From the NCBI GenBank assembly GCA_003056205.1, contig LSNS01000004.1, positions 55,870 through 119,869 on the forward strand: a DNA stretch of 64,000 nucleotides, written 5' to 3'. Numbering within the stretch: position 1 is the first letter of the stretch; every line of letters begins with the position of its first letter. This document shows positions 59,070-64,000 of the stretch, piece after piece. The translations under genes and the position numbers were made by a program. The notes under the pieces are model-generated. The model did not search any database. It was not told the origin of the DNA and worked only from the letters and a program-made list of their open reading frames with translations. The DNA is from Parcubacteria group bacterium M6-OD1-4 (lineage in GTDB: Bacteria > Patescibacteriota > Patescibacteriia > Patescibacteriales > UBA12465).

Positions 59070-59178
59070 ATTTAAATAAACATTAAAGCCACGATAACAA
59101 TCGTTAAAATAATGGCTTCAATAACAAAGATTTTAAACAAGCCAAGTCCAATTTTATTAGGATTGATTAAAGGCATAT

Positions 59179-59265
59179 TGGTGGGCCGAGTTGGATTCGA
59201 ACCAACGAAGGCATAAAGCCAGCAGTTTTACAGACTGCTCCAGTTGACCGCTTTGGTATCGACCC
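59179..59265 (-). tRNA. tRNA-Tyr (anticodon GTA), type II, with encoded CCA
   Basis: Reverse complement gggtcgataccaaagcggtcaactggagcagtctgtaaaactgctggctttatgccttcgttggttcgaatccaactcggcccacca. Anticodon loop ctGTAaa. Confidence 0.8.
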
Positions 59266-59388
59266 CGAATATTAAAAAATAATAATTAAAATTAAATTAT
59301 TATTTGCTTCCCTATCATAAAAAAAAACTCAATGATTGTCAAATCATTTCCGAATATTAAAAATATTTATCCTAAAAAATTATTAAAA

Positions 59389-59838
59389 TTAATGAGCAAT
59401 AGTGCCTAAGATAAATCTAGTCAAAGCGTAAGACATAAAGATTACTATCAAACCAATCGCCGACCAAAGAATAATGTCTCGCCCCTTCTTAACCTTGTCT
59501 TGATTACCAGAAGAAGTCATCCAAATTAAACCACCATAAATAAACATTAATAAAGCAAGAGAACCAACAACTCCCATGACTGCAGTAATGACTTTACCAA
59601 TTAAAATATTGAAACTACTAGTATTAGTTCCCAGCGGATTGACGAGAACTGTGGGATTGGTTTGATTAGCTAAATTGACAACCCAACGACAACCAGTGGT
59701 CTTCTTGCAGGTGACCTTTGTAGTAATTGTCGAACAGTTTGAATTATTAGTTCCAGTGCAAGAACCAGAAGCATTAGAAAACGATGGCCAAAGTAAAAAA
59801 GTGCTGATTAAGATTAATAAAAATAATTTTTTAAACAT
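59389..59838 (-). CDS. Small secreted Cys-rich protein with a C-terminal double-hydrophobic segment (VirB2/TrbC-pilin-like architecture)
   Basis: 149 aa. Signal peptide, 5-Cys region, then AVMGVVGSLALLMFIYGGLIW...ILWSAIGLIVIFMSYAL. Assignment is by architecture only. Confidence 0.3.
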   Translation of the reverse strand: MFKKLFLLILISTFLLWPSFSNASGSCTGTNNSNCSTITTKVTCKKTTGCRWVVNLANQTNPTVLVNPLGTNTSSFNILIGKVITAVMGVVGSLALLMFIYGGLIWMTSSGNQDKVKKGRDIILWSAIGLIVIFMSYALTRFILGTIAH

Positions 59839-59927
59839 ATATAGTTTTTACTTTTATAAACTCTACTACTATTAAAACACATTTTTGAAAATAAAAAAAG
59901 AGGGGAAGTAAAAGTTCCCCCTCAATG

Positions 59928-60611
59928 TCACGAAATCTTAATAGAGATAAAAACGGGTTTCTTGGTGGCCCGTAATTTAAAATCTCCATTAGGAAGGTGA
60001 GTGTTTCTCCCCTCTCTAACAAAAATAGGAGCTACCCCTTTTTGTATAAAAAAGAAAGAACCATCTGCCGCAAATTCCGCGGATTTTAGGTTGTTAATCG
60101 GGATGTTTAACCAACCTGTTTCCTCATTTGGTTTTAAGTCAAATCGAGGATTATCTCCGGGGTAGTAATAATGGACTATCTTCTCCATTGTTATTTTTGA
60201 TGGAGTCGGAGTAGATAATATTGTAGACCTCTTAACCTCCGTCTTTTGAATCTTATTAATATCACTACGCACAAAATAGTGCGTGGAAATATTATAAGAG
60301 AAAAACAAGAAAATAAAGATAACGATAGTCAAGCCAAACTCAGACGGACTATTTTGGGCCGAATCATAAGCCCATAGAAACAGGAGAGTCAATACCAAGG
60401 CAACAGCTTGTTGCACCCAATATTGCATATTATTTAAGCTACTGCTAATCGCATAATAAACGATAAAAGCAATGATAAATAATATTACTACTCTAATAAA
60501 ACCTTGAAGATATACATTTTTAAAATCTATATTACGAGGTTTTTTAGAATCAAAAGAAGTATTTTTCGGATCTGTACCAAAGATTGTTGGTACTTCATCA
60601 ATTTTACCCAT
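59928..60611 (-). CDS. Hypothetical membrane protein
   Basis: 227-aa ORF. Two or three TM segments in the first half and a soluble C-terminal half. Confidence 0.35.
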   Translation of the reverse strand: MGKIDEVPTIFGTDPKNTSFDSKKPRNIDFKNVYLQGFIRVVILFIIAFIVYYAISSSLNNMQYWVQQAVALVLTLLFLWAYDSAQNSPSEFGLTIVIFIFLFFSYNISTHYFVRSDINKIQKTEVKRSTILSTPTPSKITMEKIVHYYYPGDNPRFDLKPNEETGWLNIPINNLKSAEFAADGSFFFIQKGVAPIFVREGRNTHLPNGDFKLRATKKPVFISIKIS

Positions 60612-60625
60612 TTTTTATTCCTTTC

Positions 60626-61810
60626 TTAATCATTAGTTTTAAATCCAGCACCAAATTCCGCACCAGCACCCACATTGCTATTACTGCCAACAATAACAGT
60701 TTTATCAGTACTCTTGGCTTTAGCAACTGCTGTCCACTGCATATCAGCAATCATTAAAGGAACAATTCCTTGCACAGGAACGCCCTTACTTATTAGAGAA
60801 CCAACTTTACTAGAAAGACCTTGACCTTGAAGTTCAAAAAACTTCTCCTCAGCCTCACCCTCTTTAATCCGAGCTTCTTTAGAAGCTTCAGCTTCAATAA
60901 TCTTGATTTTTTTATCAATCTCAGCTTTTTTAGCTTCAATTTCTCTAACCTCAAGATCCTTTTGAGCTTTTAACTTCCGGGCTCTTTGTTCTTTAATGTC
61001 TACCGGCAAATTAACGTCAGCAACGGTTAAAGAAATAGGTTCCATCCCCCATCTTGCCAAAAGGGTGTAAAACTCACTTTTAGTAATATCAAGATCAGAA
61101 TCACCCATAGAATTCTCATCGATCTTAACATTCTTAATAATTGAATTAAGTGAAAATTTTCCCTTCAGCTTAATAGCCTCATCGGTGGTATACTGCCCAA
61201 GAAAAGAGCGTAAAACCCCTTCCGTTTTTTCTCTTATAAAAGTGAGAATGTTAGCAGGATAATAAGTAGCTTTCTCGGAATCAATTATTTTAAAATATAA
61301 AAAAGCTGTTACTGAAGCAGAAGAATCCATAAATTCAATATCTCCCAAATAGTGCTCCTCTTTTCCATTTTCTAAATACAATTCTAATATTTGGTCTCCC
61401 ATCGGCACTTTTCCTCTAATCTGGAAAAAATCAAACCAAAGCAATATAAAATGTAATTTAGACGTTAAGGGGTAACCAATATATTCTCCCAAATATTCTA
61501 CAATAAGTTCGGTCATATGCGGAACTTGAGTCCAACTTGCTTTTATAATTACAAAAGAAACTACAATCATTGTAATCAGAAAAACCAAGAGAAAAGAAAG
61601 AATCTCGTGTAAGGGTAACGGAATATCCATTATTTTGAATAAGGGGAAGGGAATATTCATTATTTTGAATAATCCTAAAACCATCATGGAAAATACCATG
61701 GAAGCAAGAACTGTTATCACCGAGACATAGATCCAAAAATTTTGAATTTTTTTCCGATAAATCTGGATTTTCAGTTCTTTTTTTTCGTCATTTTCTTCAA
61801 TTGCATTCAT
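60626..61810 (-). CDS. SPFH/band-7 (stomatin/flotillin-like) domain protein
   Basis: 394 aa. N-terminal hairpin TM, then a band-7 core followed by an E/K/A-rich coiled-coil (EAEKKAEIDKKIKIIEAEASKEARIKEGEAEEK). Confidence 0.6.
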   Translation of the reverse strand: MNAIEENDEKKELKIQIYRKKIQNFWIYVSVITVLASMVFSMMVLGLFKIMNIPFPLFKIMDIPLPLHEILSFLLVFLITMIVVSFVIIKASWTQVPHMTELIVEYLGEYIGYPLTSKLHFILLWFDFFQIRGKVPMGDQILELYLENGKEEHYLGDIEFMDSSASVTAFLYFKIIDSEKATYYPANILTFIREKTEGVLRSFLGQYTTDEAIKLKGKFSLNSIIKNVKIDENSMGDSDLDITKSEFYTLLARWGMEPISLTVADVNLPVDIKEQRARKLKAQKDLEVREIEAKKAEIDKKIKIIEAEASKEARIKEGEAEEKFFELQGQGLSSKVGSLISKGVPVQGIVPLMIADMQWTAVAKAKSTDKTVIVGSNSNVGAGAEFGAGFKTND

Positions 61811-62157
61811 TTTAAAGGCCCTCCTTGGCCTATTTTTTTGTTTGTTTATTATTTTTTTTTATTATTCAATTTTTAATGAACTTTTTTGCCAAAGCATCCA
61901 AAACTCATTTGTCAAAATACTATATCACTTTTATATAATATTGTCAACCACAGCCAAATATATATTCTTTTATAGCATGAAAAATTATGTAATATTAAAT
62001 AATTCTTATACTAAAATATATAAATAATTTTAGAATATTGTAAGCTATTATTTATTTTAAGTTATCGTTTTAAATTATTTTCTATTAATTTATAAAAAAA
62101 GACTGCTAATTAATAAAAAATTAATATAACAGTCTAAATAAATCTCAGAAGTCGACT

Positions 62158-62874
62158 TTAGTGGCTAGCCAACCAATCATTAATAGAAGTTCTTTTTTTT
62201 TCTATTTTTTTCACGAATGTTTTTAAACTAGGACTTTCAGCAAGACTTTGGGTCGCATCAACAACTTTTTTGGCGACATTTTTAATATTTTGCGAAGTAC
62301 TACTGAATCCTCCAGAGGCTTGTAAAAAAGCAAAGATTTGTTCTTCGGTCATAGCGGACATTAAAAATATAGTCTGTCCTCCCCGAACATTCATATTAAT
62401 AGTATCTGAAGATTTTAATTTTCTCTTAGAGTCCTCAAGACTATCTAAAAAAACCGCCTCTTCATTACTACCAATAATTTTGATTATAAAATTACGTGCT
62501 TCGGGGTGAGCATTAATAACTCTAACAATTTTTTGAATTTGTTCAATCGTTACTCCTAATTTCAAGAAAGCATAATTACAAGCAGATTGAAATAAGGCGT
62601 TATAATCAATATTAGATTTATTCGCCGAAAAATTGAAAGGGCTACCAGTTTGAACGGTGTTTTTTGTTAGACCAACAGCACTTAAAATACTGGCGATAGT
62701 TAAAGATCCTTTGCTAACCTTTTCCCATAATAATTCTCTTTGAGACTTTTCTTCTTTCATGATAAATTTCCTTTCTTTTTTTTGTGTATTTTTATTTTGT
62801 TTATACTCAATTTTTAATGAACTTATTGATTTGAACTTTGAAGGTTGATTTAGATTAAATACTACATCAACCAT
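62158..62874 (-). CDS. Hypothetical protein
   Basis: 238-aa ORF. No motif recognised. Confidence 0.3.
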   Translation of the reverse strand: MVDVVFNLNQPSKFKSISSLKIEYKQNKNTQKKERKFIMKEEKSQRELLWEKVSKGSLTIASILSAVGLTKNTVQTGSPFNFSANKSNIDYNALFQSACNYAFLKLGVTIEQIQKIVRVINAHPEARNFIIKIIGSNEEAVFLDSLEDSKRKLKSSDTINMNVRGGQTIFLMSAMTEEQIFAFLQASGGFSSTSQNIKNVAKKVVDATQSLAESPSLKTFVKKIEKKRTSINDWLASH

Positions 62875-63035
62875 CTATTGTACTAAAAAAATTTAATTAT
62901 TGCTTTGATTATATCATTTTTATTATCTACTATCAATATCGGAAGTGTTGTAATTCTTAAAATAATAAACAGTTAAATTTATTTTAGATTTTATTTAACT
63001 TTACTCTTGCCATTGAATAGCTTAGACATAGTTAC

Positions 63036-63404
63036 TTATATTTTATATTTTTCTAAAGCATGTTGAATAGCCCAGAGACCTAAAAGCGCACATTTATAAC
63101 GTCGCTCACTTATTTTAATTCCCAAGCTCTTTTCTAAATTCTTAAATTCATAAGTTAAAACTTCAGCCTTGGTCTTACCGACTAGTTCCTCGCTTAAAAT
63201 AGAAATTGCAGCTTGAGAAATTGCACAACCTTCACCAACAAATTTAATTTCTTTAATCTTTAAACCAGTCATCTTTAAACTAACCGCAATATCATCGCCG
63301 CAGGTATCATTCACTTCATGATAGTGAGCATCAGCATGAGCAATTACCCCTTGATGATGCGGATGTTTATAGTGATCTAAAATATTTTGGGCATATAAAT
63401 CCAT
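63036..63404 (-). CDS. sufU: SufU/IscU-like Fe-S cluster assembly scaffold
   Basis: Start chosen at the internal Met (MDLYAQNILDHYKHPHH...). Conserved Cys in NDTCGDD and GEGCAISQA. Confidence 0.65.
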   Translation of the reverse strand: MDLYAQNILDHYKHPHHQGVIAHADAHYHEVNDTCGDDIAVSLKMTGLKIKEIKFVGEGCAISQAAISILSEELVGKTKAEVLTYEFKNLEKSLGIKISERRYKCALLGLWAIQHALEKYKI

Positions 63405-63411
63405 AGAGTTT

Positions 63412-64000
63412 TTAAGAATTATCTTTATTATTCCAAAGTCGATATAATTTTTTAAGTTTCCTGATAAAAATATCAATTTCAGCTTTTGTATTATAAAAAC
63501 TTAAACTAGCTCGTAAAGTAGCTGACAAAGAAAAAAACTGGTGAAGGGGTTGGGTGCAATGATTCCCTGCTCGTAAGATAATAGCCTCTTGACCTAATAA
63601 ATCCGCAGCATCATGGGGGTGAATGCCCGTAATTAATAAAGAAAAGACAGGTAATTTTTGGGATAATAAACGGGGTCGTCCTAAAACTTTCACAAATTTT
63701 AAAGTGGCCAGACGCTCTAAAAAGTAGCTTGTCAGTTTTTGTTCTTGCGCTTGAATCGTTTGCCAACCTAGTTTATTAACATACTGAATAGCCGCTGCCA
63801 AACCAATGGCTTCTGCAATCGGCGGTGTTCCAGCTTCAAATTTATGAGGTAGTTTATTAACGGTAAAATGATCTTGATAAACGGCACCAATCATTTCCCC
63901 TCCTCCGAGAAACGGGGGCATTTTTTGCAATAATTCCTGACGACCATACAGAACACCAATTCCTGTTGGTCCCCAGATCTTATGACCAGAAAAAACTAAA
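63412..64000 (-). CDS. sufS: Cysteine desulfurase SufS/NifS family, class V aminotransferase fold (5' partial, continues beyond the window end)
   Basis: Reading frame is open to the window edge (...FSGHKIWGPTGIGVLYGRQELLQKMPPFLGGGEMI...). C-terminal catalytic-Cys region RAGNHCTQPL. Confidence 0.8.
   Translation of the reverse strand, partial: LVFSGHKIWGPTGIGVLYGRQELLQKMPPFLGGGEMIGAVYQDHFTVNKLPHKFEAGTPPIAEAIGLAAAIQYVNKLGWQTIQAQEQKLTSYFLERLATLKFVKVLGRPRLLSQKLPVFSLLITGIHPHDAADLLGQEAIILRAGNHCTQPLHQFFSLSATLRASLSFYNTKAEIDIFIRKLKKLYRLWNNKDNS

Noticed and set aside
1-64000. CRISPR arrays, retrons/DGRs, TnpB/IscB-omegaRNA
   Set aside because: No short, regularly spaced direct repeats. No reverse-transcriptase or RuvC-nuclease ORFs in any frame of the supplied ORF track.
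1-64000. Alternative genetic code (UGA recoding, as in some CPR lineages)
   Set aside because: tRNA-Trp has a CCA anticodon. Long ORFs close at TGA/TAA/TAG consistently. RF1 is present, and the gene models are complete under the standard code.

Overview
This 64-kb window is AT-rich (roughly one-third GC by eye) and gene-dense, with about 60 of 70 genes on the minus strand. The gene content looks like a small-genome, CPR/Patescibacteria-like bacterium. Five tRNAs have unambiguous anticodons (Gln-CTG, Leu-CAA, Leu-CAG, Trp-CCA, Tyr-GTA). The standard genetic code is implied by tRNA-Trp(CCA) and by long intact ORFs. There are no rRNA genes, no CRISPR array and no reverse transcriptase.

Housekeeping genes: lysS, greA, rpmE-prfA-prmC, rplY, rodA/ftsW, dnaE, parA-parB, rnhB, hisS, rarA, copZ-copA, sod, rbr, rpmG, mutM, sufU-sufS (sufS runs off the window end). 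An archaeal-type class I fructose-bisphosphate aldolase and a cell-envelope glycosyltransferase/O-antigen-ligase block are also present.

Most interesting region (1-8617): directly downstream of tRNA-Gln lies a tandem array of at least four one- or two-gene cassettes. Each cassette has its own extended -10 promoter (consensus gatgtgRtataat) and ends in a conserved 27-mer followed by a terminator hairpin. A 110-180-nt composite repeat separates consecutive cassettes, and its distal end is a direct copy of the tRNA-Gln T-arm/acceptor core (ggttcaaatccctgt). No integrase is visible inside the array. Cargo includes a SAM methyltransferase, a 2-hydroxyacid dehydrogenase, a frameshifted PfkB kinase, a histidine phosphatase, an HTH-Fic protein with a degenerate active site and tandem operator repeats, and a heparinase II/III-like lyase. 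This looks like an integron-like or tycheposon-like cassette array.

Second accessory region (about 30.0-37.5 kb): it sits between tRNA-Leu(CAA) and tRNA-Leu(CAG). A tyrosine recombinase abuts tRNA-Leu(CAG). The region carries an unusual GC-rich repeat/hairpin family, two pseudogenes (NUDIX, DUF378) and protease/MazG/DUF218 cargo.

Other notable items: two paralogous DsbA-like plus 3-Cys-membrane-protein pairs (a possible unrecognised DsbB/VKOR analog); an ECF sigma/anti-sigma/membrane metalloprotease block upstream of copZ-copA; a sod-rubrerythrin-desulforedoxin oxidative-stress cluster; two small genes missing from the ORF track (desulforedoxin, rpmG).
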